Made by a program: the position numbers and the translations under genes. Shown here piece after piece: positions 26,321 through 37,192 of a DNA stretch of 37,192 nucleotides. Under the pieces are notes generated by a model that worked only from the letters and a program-made list of their open reading frames with translations, was not told the DNA's origin and ran no database searches. The stretch covers positions 1,128,330 through 1,165,521 of the forward strand of contig NC_057753.1 in NCBI RefSeq assembly GCF_004010195.1. The letters are read 5' to 3'. Each line of letters opens with the position of its first letter. Position 1 is the stretch's first letter. Origin of the DNA: Chiloscyllium plagiosum (lineage: Eukaryota).

Positions 26321-28344
26321 CTTCTGTTTCTATGCGATCACCCTTCATTCTTCGAAACTCCAGTGAATGATATCCAAATCGATCCAATCTTTCTTCCTGT
26401 GTCAGCCCTGCCATCCCAGGAATCAGTGCTGTATATCGATTTCTTGGAGAGAGGAAAATACTTCAACGATTTTCAGTCTTTCTCCTTTCTGATTATTTTT
26501 TATAAATGGCTAATTCGCCAGAGACCATCTTGGGGGCAGTGTTTTGGGAAAACTGTTTGTCGGAAATTTAGTTTGCCAGATCTTACATCTACTATTGTCA
26601 TTTTGATCTCTCTTGATCTCTGATTTTATTTTCTGTATTGGTTAAAATATCATATTGTAGAATAGAATGTTCGCATGACCAAAGATCACGTCCCCAATTA
26701 CATGGATACGAGGCGTTCATTCCAAACATTTCATTTTGACATGTGCGTGGTGCACACTTACGTATAAGATTCAACAGTTACAGTCATACATCAAAGTTTT
26801 GCTTTAAATGGAGGTCTTATAGTCTGTTCTCAAGATAAGAGAACGAAAAAAACTACATGTATTCATCCGATCTTAACGAATTGGGCTGGATGCCATGGGA
26901 CATGTTCAACTATGCTTTATGTGCTCTTGTATAAAGTTACAGAAGCAGCTCAGAAAAGACCAGCCAGTGCATAGTGAGCTCCTTCATGACCTGGCGTTTA
27001 GCAAAGAGAAATGGTCAGGAAATGGAAGGAAGTACAAGCAATATATTAAACTACAGACGTTACTTGAGTGTCAATGATGTACTGACGTCCTGGCGGTAGC
27101 CAGCTATACGAAGTGAGGAAGAAACATTCATTTAATGGGAAAAAAAATTAACTTGAAAATGGTGTAACATTTTAAAAACAAGTTTCTTCACGAAAAGCTC
27201 CTTACCTAGGCATATGGAAACAATACAGTGCCATGATTTGTCAATAGTTTTGCGTATTCACATCTCTGAAATATGAATCCATAATCAAGCAGCAGGAAGG
27301 AATTATGTAATCTTAATGCTGAACTTAATTCACATTTCTCGAGTTTTCTGGTTAAATATTTTCTGCCGTCATGAATCTCAGGAAGGATGAAGAAGAAAAA
27401 CTATAAATGGAGAATAAAATGAGTAAACAGGAGGATAGAGACAGGGACAGAATTTGTGAGAGGACATGAAACCACCAAAACACAGAATAGCATAGACAGT
27501 CTGACTATCGCGTAGTCTTGATTATGGTTATGATTAGAAAACGTGAGGTGAGCAGGTGAACTTGGTAGGTTTTCTGCAAAGAGCTGTTGTGACTTCATCT
27601 TGATATCAGGCTCTGGCTAAAGTATGTTCTACTGTAATAATTTGGTCCAACCCAGGATTTGAATACCAAGTATGAATGCATGAAGCAGTTAGGAGGCACC
27701 ACGTGTGATGCAGAGTTCAGTATGCAATTGAGCAAAGCCATATCGGGAGAATAGGTTAAAAACTGTGACGCATATAGTAAAGAGGCAAAAAGACGGGCTA
27801 CCTTGTTTGCGAATCCAGAATTGACAGCTAACTGGTACAGTGCATGGCCAATGAGCCAAGGGGATTGAAATACAGAACAAGTGATGTTTTTGCTCTGGGA
27901 AGTTTTGACTAACCTAAACTGCTATTAGCACGTTGTTTCTGGTCGCTACTCCTCCACTGATTTTGGAGTTGCAAACTAAACTTTGAAAGAAAATTATTTC
28001 TACGCTTAGAGTTAAATTAAGTGAACCAGGTTCCATAGACAACGCGTGCATTCTATGAAGTATGGAAGGAGCAGGAAAGATTTAAACATTAAAATCTTCA
28101 ACAGCGTACTTTTGGCGAAACTATAACGTCTTGGTGCCATCATTCCAGCTTAAAGATCACCTTCATAAAATTATGGGCGGGGGATTTCTGGAGTGAAGGC
28201 AACTTCACCATCAGGCCTAATGAAATTTGAAGATGTCTGTCAAATTGTCGTCGAATATGGGAATGGTAACAACTGAAGTCATAAGCAAGGTAGGGGTACA
28301 CGATATATGCTGTGGTTCTGTTCGCCGAGCTGGAAGTTTTTATT

Positions 28345-28384
28345 GCAAACGTTTCGTCCCCTGTCTAGGTGACATCCTCAGTGC
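28345..28384 (-). ncRNA. Minimal type I hammerhead ribozyme motif in the Penelope pseudo-LTR
   Basis: Minus strand: GCA CTGAGGA T GTC ACCTAGACAGGG GAC GAAA CG TT TGC. Confidence 0.7.
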
Positions 28385-29186
28385 TTGGGAGCCTCCTGTG
28401 AAGCGCTTCTGTGGTGTTTCCTCCGGCATTTATAGTGGCCTGTCCCTGCCGCTTCCGGTTGTCAGTTTCAGCTGTCCGCTGTAGTGCCCGGTATATTAGG
28501 TCCAGGTCTATGTGTTTGTTGATGGAGTTTGTGGATGAGTGCTATGCTTCTAGGAATTCCCTGGCTGTTCTTTGTTTGGCTTGCCCTATAATGGTAGTGT
28601 TGCCCCAGTCGAATTCATGTTTCTTGTCGTCTGCGTGTGTGGCTACTAGGGATAGCTGGTCGTGTCGTTTCGTGGCTAGTTGATGTTCGTGGATGCGGAT
28701 CGTTAGCTGTCTTCCTGTTTGTCCTATATAGTGTTTTGTGCAGTCCTTGCATGGGATTTTGTACACTACATTAGCTTTGCTCATGCTGGGTATCGGGTCC
28801 TTCGTTTTGGTGAGTTGTTGTCTGAGAGTGGCTGTTGGTTTGTGTGCTATTATAAGTCCTAGTGGTCGCAGTAGTTTGGCTGTCATTTCAGAGATGTTCT
28901 TGACGTATGGTAGTGTGGCTAGTCCTTTGGGTTGCGGCATGTCCTCGTTCTGTTGTCTTTCCCTTAGGTATCTGTTGATGAAATTGCGAGGATATCCGTT
29001 ATTTGCGAATACCTTGTATAGTTGTTCCTCTTCCTCTTTTTGCAGTTCTGGTGTGCAAATCACCTTCTGGACCCAATATACCGGCCACTACAGCGGGCAG
29101 CTGAAACTGACAACCAGAAGGGCAGGGACAGGCCATTATAAATGCCGGAGGAAACACAACAGAAACGCTTCACAGGAGGCTCCCAA

Positions 29187-29226
29187 GCACTGAGGATGTC
29201 ACCTAGCCAGGGGACGAAACGTTTGC
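29187..29226 (+). ncRNA. Minimal type I hammerhead ribozyme motif in the inverted pseudo-LTR
   Basis: GCA CTGAGGA T GTC ACCTAGCCAGGG GAC GAAA CG TT TGC: CUGANGA box, stem II, GAAA, palindromic AACGTT and a GCA/TGC stem I. Confidence 0.7.
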
Positions 29227-29495
29227 AACAAAAACTTCCAGCTCGGCGAACAGAACCACAGCAACGAGCACCCGAGCTACTAATCTTCACCCAAACTGTG
29301 TACACGATATATAGCCGAGATTTTGACCTTAATGTAATACACAAATTAAACATGTTATAAATTCATGGAAGAACAGAGCAGAGAATTTCGACAGCTTCCT
29401 TCAGTTCCAAGGCGCCCATATTACGAGAATTACGAACGTGAATCACTAAATGGTACAAGATGCCGTTACGTTAATCAAACTTAGCACATCAAAGT

Positions 29496-29756
29496 AGATT
29501 ACTTACAGTGTGGAAACAGGCCCTTCGGCCCAACAAGTCCACACCGCCCCGCCGAAGCGCAACCCACCCATACTCCTACATTTTCCCCTTACCTAACACT
29601 ACGTGCAATTTAGCATGAGGAAACCAGAGCACCCGGAGGAAACCCACGCAGACACGGGGAGAACGTGCAAACTCCACACAGTCAGTCGCCTGAGGCGGGA
29701 TTTGAACCCGGGTCTCTGACTCTGTGAGGCAGCAGTGTTCACCACTGTGCCACCCA
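29496..29756 (-). mobile_element. HE1-type V-SINE with an internal deletion
   Basis: Reverse-complement head gggtggcacagtggtgaacactgctgcctcacag...ccgggttcaaatccc, V domain, and tail gggccgaagggcctgtttccacactgtaagtaatcta. Confidence 0.95.
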
Positions 29757-30249
29757 TGATAAGTATAAGCACTGCATTCTAATGACACCGCAATGCGTAA
29801 TCCTTTTTGCTGGATGTCCATTTAATTAGGTTTAGTCAATTTTGAGAGAAACATAATAGGTTTAATTTGCATTCTGAGATTAAAAATATAGCTTCTAACA
29901 GTACAGCGGAATGTCTAATCTTTGAAACAGTGCTTTGAGCTCGAGAAAGTAGCGAAGGAATTACGCACTGGGAATTGCCCAGTCGTTTTCCCTGTCCATG
30001 CGAATAGTAAGAGGCACGTTGCTGAAACCGTGCAGAGGGTGCTGCATTCTCCTTCTAGCATGCACCCATTTTTCAGTGCATTCAAGCTTTGCTTCTTGAC
30101 TTAATTTCATTAATTTCAGACTATTTTACATTAATTTTACACCATTATTTGTTTTCAAGAAACTAGGTAGACTGTGAATGAGTCAAACTGTTCAGCTTTC
30201 TTGTAATTCCACTTTAGAAAACATTAGAATCTAATCTTTTTTTTAACAG

Positions 30250-30416
30250 GGTCGTCCTTCCACGAATATGACACTGACACATATTTCCTCCGAATCATTC
30301 TAGATTTTGTAGGAGGTGAATTTCGCTGGAACATTCCATCTTGTCATTGCGAAAAGGGGCTCGAACACAATTACTTTTGTCACCTGGGAGTAGCTCCAAC
30401 TAGGCTCCAGTTTTAG
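30250..30416 (+). CDS. Candidate terminal coding exon, resembling a C-type lectin C-terminus
   Basis: Branch-point-like CTAAT at 30231, T-tract and aacag| acceptor. Only the phase-1 frame is open: SSFHEYDTDTYFLRIILDFVGGEFRWNIPSCHCEKGLEHNYFCHLGVAPTRLQF*. The stop TAG overlaps a GTGAGT donor at 30416. Confidence 0.5.
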
Positions 30417-30683
30417 TGAGTTTTTAAAGTAAAACTTTTATTCCTGAAATTCCATTTTGTTTGATGTTATCAATATTTTGGAAGAAAAACTTGACAGCAT
30501 TAATAGTATTTCGGGAGGATCATATACGAAAATACCTGAGAGATGTAACTTTAAAATTGTAGCATGCTGAAAATTGGCCGTTCAATGCAATGCATTAAAA
30601 CAGGGCCATCACAGAAAGATGTTTAGTATGGACGAGTAAATAATGTTAAATTATCTTTGCAATATTAATCATTTCGCTCGTTA

Positions 30684-31025
30684 TGGCAGCACAGAGCTCA
30701 GTGGTTGGCGCTATTACCTCGCAATTCTAGGGACATGAGTTTCAATTCTGGCCTCAGGCTACTGTCAGTTTGGAGCTTGCGCATTCTCCCATTGTCCACA
30801 TGGGTTTCCTTTGGGTGCTCTGGTCTCTTCCCACAGTCCAAGGATGTGTAGGTGAGATGAATTGCTATGTTAAATGTCCCTGTGTCCAGAAATGCGTAGG
30901 CGAGGTGGAAGTAGCAATGTTAAATAAAGGGCAGGGGGTTGAATCTAGGTGAGATGCTGTGTGGAGTGTCGGTACGGATTTGCTGGACCGAGTGGCCTGA
31001 TTCCACACTGTCGGGGTTCTATGAT
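30684..31025 (+). mobile_element. Older HE1-type V-SINE
   Basis: agctcagtggttggcgct head, gcattctcccc...tgggtttcct...cccacagtccaaggatgtgtagg V domain, tail gagtggcctgattccacactg. Confidence 0.88.
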
Positions 31026-31256
31026 CATTTTATATGTGTGCCTCTGGAAATTTCGAAATTGCATTGCATAAAGTGTTTGATGTGTTTTCCTGTCAGAATT
31101 GTTTCAACACTTGTTTTCTAATTTCGTTCTTGGAATGATAACATCACTGGTACAACCATCAGTTCTCCCCATTCCTTGGCTTTTGGGGAGTTAGATTGTC
31201 CGTAACCCACCACAGAAGTTCTCATCCACGTTCTGTTATTTCTGTCAAAATGTGAA

Positions 31257-31365
31257 GCCTGAAGAAGAGTCTCCAGTCTCGCAACATTAACTCTCCAAGG
31301 ATGCTACCATATCTGATGAGTTTCTCCAGCTTTCAGATTTGCAGCATCTGTAGTTCTTGTTTTAA
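31257..31365 (+). mobile_element. Old Penelope-like pseudo-LTR end with a decayed hammerhead motif
   Basis: CTGAAGA agagtctccagtctc GCAA cattaactct...gatgctaccatatctgatgagtttctccagc; the same family as 22166-22232, on the opposite strand. Confidence 0.55.
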
Positions 31366-31704
31366 TACTAAAATCGCGAGGCCAGGTAACTTTTTGGTCA
31401 ATCGTACCCCTCAAGTTATTGTCAGAATGATCGATATATTCATCTCTCAATATCAAACCCTAACATTTATTTTGAAGAATGATTCAAGCGTCAATAAGCC
31501 TTCAATTGAATTCAGATAGCTTTCGTTATTCAGGTCTGCAGCAACCTAATTGGAACTATAGACTGGATTTTGCTGGTTATGAATTCTGCTATATTGATTC
31601 AGTACATTTCTATGGCTATCTACTTTGCTATCATTTGAGCCTTTAAGCTGTTTAATTCCAAACCCTTGACCATTGTGACCTGGATCTACGTGGGAAGAAT
31701 GAGA

Positions 31705-31960
31705 AAGGGAACATCACCACATATATGTTGCCATGCAAGTCACTGACCGTAATTGCATGGAAATCTGTCCAAAGTTCCTTCATTGTCACTCAGTCAATAT
31801 CTTGAAACCCCCTTCCTGAGGTCTTTGCATATGCAGCTGCCATGCATAGATTTCAGAAGTTCAAATAATGAGCCCTTTATCACTTTCTCAAAGACAATTA
31901 ATAATGCATACATGTTGAACATACCAGGCACACACATATCTCGAGAACGAGCAAAAAGTT
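31705..31960 (+). mobile_element. L2/CR1-group LINE 3' end remnant
   Basis: gggaacatcaccac...caagtcac...gttccttcattgtcact...cactttctcaaagacaatta...cacatatctcgagaacgagcaaaaa. Confidence 0.5.
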
Positions 31961-32206
31961 AAAGTTAACTGCCAGCTCTTTAAGCTTCTCTGAATCAAAA
32001 TAATTCCGTCCATTGACTGTTTGATTGAACTTAACTTCTAAATGAATTTATCGTTGTGTGGTACAACAATTATAAGATTTAGGGATGAATTTTACAAAGT
32101 TAACCATTGAAGGAAACTGCAAGTTTATAAAATGTATTCTAGAAATATTTGTTAGATTAAAAGACAGGATTTTTGTGAAAAAAGAAAGGAAATATCAATC
32201 ATATTT

Positions 32207-33522
32207 AGAACACAGAACAAAGAACATAGAACAATACAGCGCAGAACAGGTCCTTCGGCCCTCGATGTTGCACCTACATGTGAACTATTCTTAGCTCATC
32301 CCCCAACACCATCCAATCATCATCCATGTACTTATCCAAGGATTGATTACATCTCCCTAATGTGGTTGAGTTAACTACATTGGCAGGTAGGGCATTCCAT
32401 GCCCTTACCACTCTCTGAGTAAAGAATCTGCCTCTGACATCTGTCTTAAATCTATCACCCCTGAACTTGTAGTTATGCTCCCTTGTGCAGGCTGAGTCAT
32501 CATCCTAGGAAAAAGACTTTCACTGTCTACCCTATCTAATCCTCTGATCATTTTGGATGTCTCTATCAATTCCCCTCTTAGCCTTCTTCTCTCCAATAAG
32601 AACAGACCCAATTTTCTCAGCCTTCCCTCATAAGAGCTTCCCGCCAGACCAGGCAGCATCCTGGTAAATCTCCTCTGCACCTTTTCCAAAGCTTTCACAT
32701 CCTTCCTGTAATGGGGCGACCCTTTATCTAGTTGCAGCAACTTATCCAAGGATTGATTACATCTCCCTAATGTGGTTGAGTTAACTACATTGGCAGGTAG
32801 GGCATTCCATGCCCTTACCACTCTCTGAGTAAAGAACCTGCCTCTGACATCTGTCTTAAATCTATCACCCCTGAACTTGTAGTTTTGCTCCCTTGTACAA
32901 GCTGAGTCATCATCCTAGGAAAAAGACTTTCACTGTCTACCCTATCTAATCCTCTGATCATTTTGGATGTCTCTATCAATTCCCCTCTTACCCTTCTTCT
33001 CTCCAATAAGAACAGACCCAATTTTCTCAGCCTTCCCTAATAAGAGCTCCCGCCAGACCAGGCAGCATCCTGGTAAATCTCCTCTGCACCTTTTCCAATG
33101 CTTTCACATCCTTCCTGTAATGGGGCGACCCTTTATCTAGTTGCAGCATAACATTGCAGGTCCGGAACTCAATCCCGCTACCAATGAAACCTAACACACC
33201 GTATGCCTTCTTAACAGCATTATCAACCTGGGTGGCAACGTTCAGGGATCTATGTACATGGACTCCAAGACTCGTCTGTACATCCACTCTACAAAGCATC
33301 TTTTCATTGACCCAGTACTCTACCTTCCTCTTACTCTTCCGAAAGTGAATTACTTCGCATTTAGCTGCATTGAACTCCATTTGCCACCTCTCAGCCCAAT
33401 CCTGCAGTTTATCCAAATCCCCCTGCAACCTGTAGCATTCTTCCACACGGTCCACTATTCCACCAACTTTCGTGTCATCTGCAAATCTACTAACCCATCC
33501 GCATGTGTCTGTGTCTAAGTAA
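32207..33522 (-). mobile_element. CR1 LINE 3' portion containing a 410-bp tandem duplication (32330-32739 / 32740-33148)
   Basis: ORFs LQGDLDKLQDWAERWQMEFNAAKCEVIHF..., and two copies of KDVKALEKVQRRFTRMLPGL. Tail agaacaaagaacatagaaca. Confidence 0.95.
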
Positions 33523-36500
33523 TTTCTTCTTTTTTGGCAAATATATTTATTAGCAATTTTTTAACTTTACAAACATATAAAATTATTGAAAAAACAATCA
33601 ATCCCAAATATCAGTATAATAAAAAGAAAACAAAATACAATATAACTACTATCTACTAACTACTAATCTTCTCTATAATAAAAAGTAAACCCTAACACTG
33701 TGCAAAGCAACACAAAGAAAAGCAAAAAAAACCCCACAAAATACAGAACAACTATGGTCGGCGCAAGGCTCCCAAACAAAGGAACGGGAACATTGTTTAC
33801 ATACACGTATTAACTCGGGAGATCCTCTCCAGGGCCCAGGGCTTGACAAATCTAATAATTCTGGTTAAACAAACGCCCTAGTTAAGATAACTAATAAATC
33901 TATATCCAAATAACCCAAGTAGGGCTGCCATGTCTTATAAAAATTTTCTGTTGTGTGGTGCACCATGTTTGTGAAAAAGTCCAAGGGAAAGTGCTCCATA
34001 ATTCATTTCTGCCATCCCAGCAAGCCCGGCGGGTTCTCAGACACCCAATTCATCAGAATATTGTTCCGTGCACAGTATGCAAGAATATTAAATAGTTTCT
34101 TCCCATGCCCGTCTAAAGATGGTAAATTCGGTAGTCCTAAGAGTCTACTTTGACTTCAATCCTCAATACCCTCCCTATCCCGCCACTGCGCTCCAATAAA
34201 CACAGAGCCTGTGGCATGTCCAGAAACAATGGGTAAGAGTACCTACACTTATTTTACATTTGGGGCACACTGAAGATGCCCCTTTTGAAAACTTCGCCAG
34301 ATGGTCTGGTTCCAAATGAGCCCTGTGCAGAACTTTTAACCGGGTAGCGCATGTCCTGTTACAGATTGAGATCTTTCGAATATTCTCCCATATGTTCTCC
34401 CATGTTTCAGAAGAGATCTCCACTCCCAGCTCTTGCTCCTAGACCTCACATAACCGGTTAATATCCTGCCAGGCCCTGCCACCCAGCAGGCGATAGAGGG
34501 CACTAACCAAAAGGGAGCGGAGGAACAACCTCTCTGCATCGGGCTTACAGGGCTTAGTGAGAAGCGTAGTCTTCTTCTGGATGAAATCCCTAACCTGAAA
34601 AAAACGGAAAAGGTTTCTGCTGGGCAACCCGTATTTGTTGCTCAGTTGCTCAAAAGACATCATAACCTCCCTCTCAAACAAGTCTCCCAAACTAGAAACT
34701 CCTCTCGCTGCCCATAGTTTGAACCCTGATTCCATCATCCCTGGTCGGAACCCTGGAATGCCAACTTTAGGTGTAAGTGGCGAAGTCTTGGATAAACAAC
34801 CCTCACTCTGACGCTTCGCTCTCCAAGCCTTGACTGTACTAATGCCAATGGGGTTCCGGCAGTAGTCCATAACTGTCCTCATCTTATCCATGAATAATAG
34901 ATTAATAAGAGGGCAATTTGCCTGGGAGGCCTCGATATCCAGCCATATGAGTTTGGATCGTTACCTACCCAATCGCAGACAAAGGACAGCAGGGAACTCA
35001 ATTGATAACTTATGAGGACTGGGGAATCAACTCCTCCCCTCCTTGAGGCAACTGCAATTTAGGACGTTTGATGAGGGGCGCCCACGATGCTAGACAAATG
35101 AACCAAACCACTCCATAAGCTTCTGCAGCGTTGACCTGGGAAACATTATAGGGCGCATACGCATGGGATAAAGCAAACGAGGATGAACATTCATCTTGAT
35201 GAGAGATATTTGGCCCAGCCATGAAATTGGAAGAGCCTCCCATCTCTGGAGATCTCACCTAATATTGTCGAACAAGTGAGCAAATTTAGTCTGAAATAAC
35301 AGATCAAACTTGGCGGTAATAAAAATGTGTAGGTATTGGAACCCTGCCCGTGATCACTTAAAAGGGAACTTATAGTCACCTTCAACTTCTGGCACATCCT
35401 TAAGGTTCCCCAAAGGCATAGCCTCCGATTTTGCAAATTTAATCTTATATCCTGAAATAGCCCCAAATGAATTGATACATTGTATCAAATCGGGTACGGA
35501 GGTGATCAGGTTTGATAAAAACAGAAGGACATCATCCGCATACAGTGTAATCTTGTGTGCCCTCGATCCCACTTCCAGAGCGGTTATGTGTACGTCCTGA
35601 CGAATGGCCTCTGCCAGCGGCTCTATCACCAACATAAACAACAATGGTGAGAGGGAGCAGCCTTGCCGACTATCCCTACCAATCCTAAAATTCCCAGACT
35701 TCAAACCGTTGGTGATGACCGCGACCAGAGGGTGGCGATATAAAACCTCCACCCCCACCTTGCAAAGACTCCACTCAACCTGAACTGTTCAAAGACATAA
35801 AAAAGATACGGCCATTCCACACGGTCAAATGCTTTCTCTGCATCTAAGGAAATCACCAAACCCTGAATCGATCATTGCTGACAAACGTGGCCCACATTTT
35901 GCAATCTTCTAATATTATTAGAGAATCTACAGCCCCTTATAAAACCTGTCTGGTCCTCTTTAATAATATGGGCAACACCCTTTCCAATCTCAGCGCCAGG
36001 ATCTTGGGCAGAATCTTGAAGTCTGAATTTAATAGAGAGATGGGCCTGTATGAGGGACAATCCTCAGGAACCTTTCCCTCCTTAAGAATTAAGGAAATAT
36101 TAGCTTATCTCAAAGATGGTGGTAGGTGTTCATGCATATAGGAGTGATTGCACGTCTCCAACATCGGTCCTGACAGAATCCCTATAAACCCCTTATAAAA
36201 CTCACCTGGAAGACCATCACCAGGCGCTTTCCCACTCTGGAGTTGCCTAGCTGCCTCCTGTATTTCCTGAACTGTCAAGGGGGGCATTAAGGAGCGAGGC
36301 CTGTTCCAAGGTTACCCCGGGAGGTCCAGGTTCTTAAAAAAAGGTCTCAATTTTAGCCCTCCTGTCTTCGCAACCTTCAGACCAATACAATTCAGAGTAA
36401 AAGCTCCGAAGAGCCTCATTAATCTTTTTAGCATCATATGCAACGACCCCGGCGATGTCTCTGATTGCAGTAATGGATTGGGGAGCACGCTTTTTCCTAG

Positions 36501-37192
36501 TCAGGTATGCTAAATACTTTCCTGGCCTATCCCCATATTCGAACAGCTACTATTTAGCAAAAGCAAGTTCTTTCTTTGCGTTTTGTGTCAGTATTGAATT
36601 CAAGTCAGCCTGAAGGACCGTGATCCCCTGTAGCTTAGTCACCAAAGCCCGCGCAAAATGTGCCGCCTCCTCGGCTTTCAACCGAGTCTCAAGTAGACGC
36701 TGCTGTTCCTCCTTCTGTCGTTTCCAGTTAGCCGAATAGGAAATAGCTAATCCCCAAGCAAAGGCCTTAGTAGTCTACAAGCCGTGCCTGATTTGATAGT
36801 CAAGAATTTCTGAAACTTCTTCAAACAGTATTCCACAAATTTGGAATCGTTAAGGAGAAAAGGGTGCAAACGCCAGTGCCGCAAACCTAGCCTTTCACTC
36901 TTGGCCTTAACTTCCAAATATACTGCCGCATGATCAGAGATAGCTATATTCCCAATTTTACAACTCATAATCGATTTCAAAAGGGCTGAGGGAGCCAGAA
37001 ATAGGTCAATCCTCGTGTGACATTTATGTGGGTTTGAAAAAAAGGTAAAGTTACTGCCGGCAGGGTGAAGACATCTCCAAATATCCTCCATATCCAACTC
37101 CTCACATAAGTCAACCAACTGCTTGGCCTGCAAAAACATCGTTGGGGTCCACAAGGCATCCTGTCCACTGTCGGATCCAAAAGACAATTAAA
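33523..37192 (-). mobile_element. L1-clade LINE: disrupted ORF2 (APE endonuclease, RT, C-terminal Cys/His motif), 3' UTR and A-tail; runs off the window
   Basis: DIWRCLHP...TFFSNPHKCHTRIDLFL...SDHAAV; KAPGDGLPGEFYK; DQTGFI; RQGCSLSPLLF...LYADD (35531-35542); CPKC..GTLTHCFWTC. ORF2 stop near 33865, AATAAA on the minus strand at 33546-33551, A-rich tail at about 33523-33536. Confidence 0.95.

Larger units (their letters stand above)
28309..29299 (-). mobile_element. Penelope-like retroelement, 5'-truncated, with GIY-YIG endonuclease fragment, inverted pseudo-LTRs and a 13-bp target duplication
   Basis: ORF 28542-29063: FANNGYPRNFI...LPYVKNISEMTAKLL...NVVYKIPCKDCTKHYIGQTGRQLTIRIHEH...REFLEA. 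Inverted repeat 28309-28505 / 29067-29262. GTACACGATATAT at 28296-28308 and 29300-29312. Confidence 0.95.

Noticed and set aside
26937..27013. Possible extra exon LQKQLRKDQPVHSELLHDLAFSKEK
   Set aside because: The phase-1 frame has a stop, so it does not fit the other candidate exons; the splice sites are weak.

Overview
Eukaryotic, AT-rich and repeat-dense DNA, almost certainly from a cartilaginous fish. It carries HE1/V-SINEs, many CR1 (HER1-like) LINE copies, Penelope-like elements and a shark-type two-exon GPR139-like gene; an orectolobiform shark is my guess from the SINE style. I found no clearly intact known protein-coding gene. Gene-like content: (1) a two-exon GPR139/GPR142-like class A GPCR pseudogene (+, 878-5011); (2) a P2Y/LPAR-type GPCR pseudogene (-, 13209-14198); (3) a histone H1 globular-domain remnant (21619-21810); (4) tentatively, a spliced, signal-peptide-bearing, divergent C-type-lectin-like gene built from phase-1 exons at 21387, 23154, 24370/25203 and 30250, which the ORF track misses. 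Mobile DNA includes a Penelope-like insertion with a GIY-YIG ORF, inverted pseudo-LTRs, a 13-bp target duplication and a minimal hammerhead ribozyme motif on each strand, plus an L1-clade LINE inserted into a CR1. Three young local duplications (about 0.5, 0.84 and 0.41 kb) lie within 14 kb. All calls were made by eye, without database searches.
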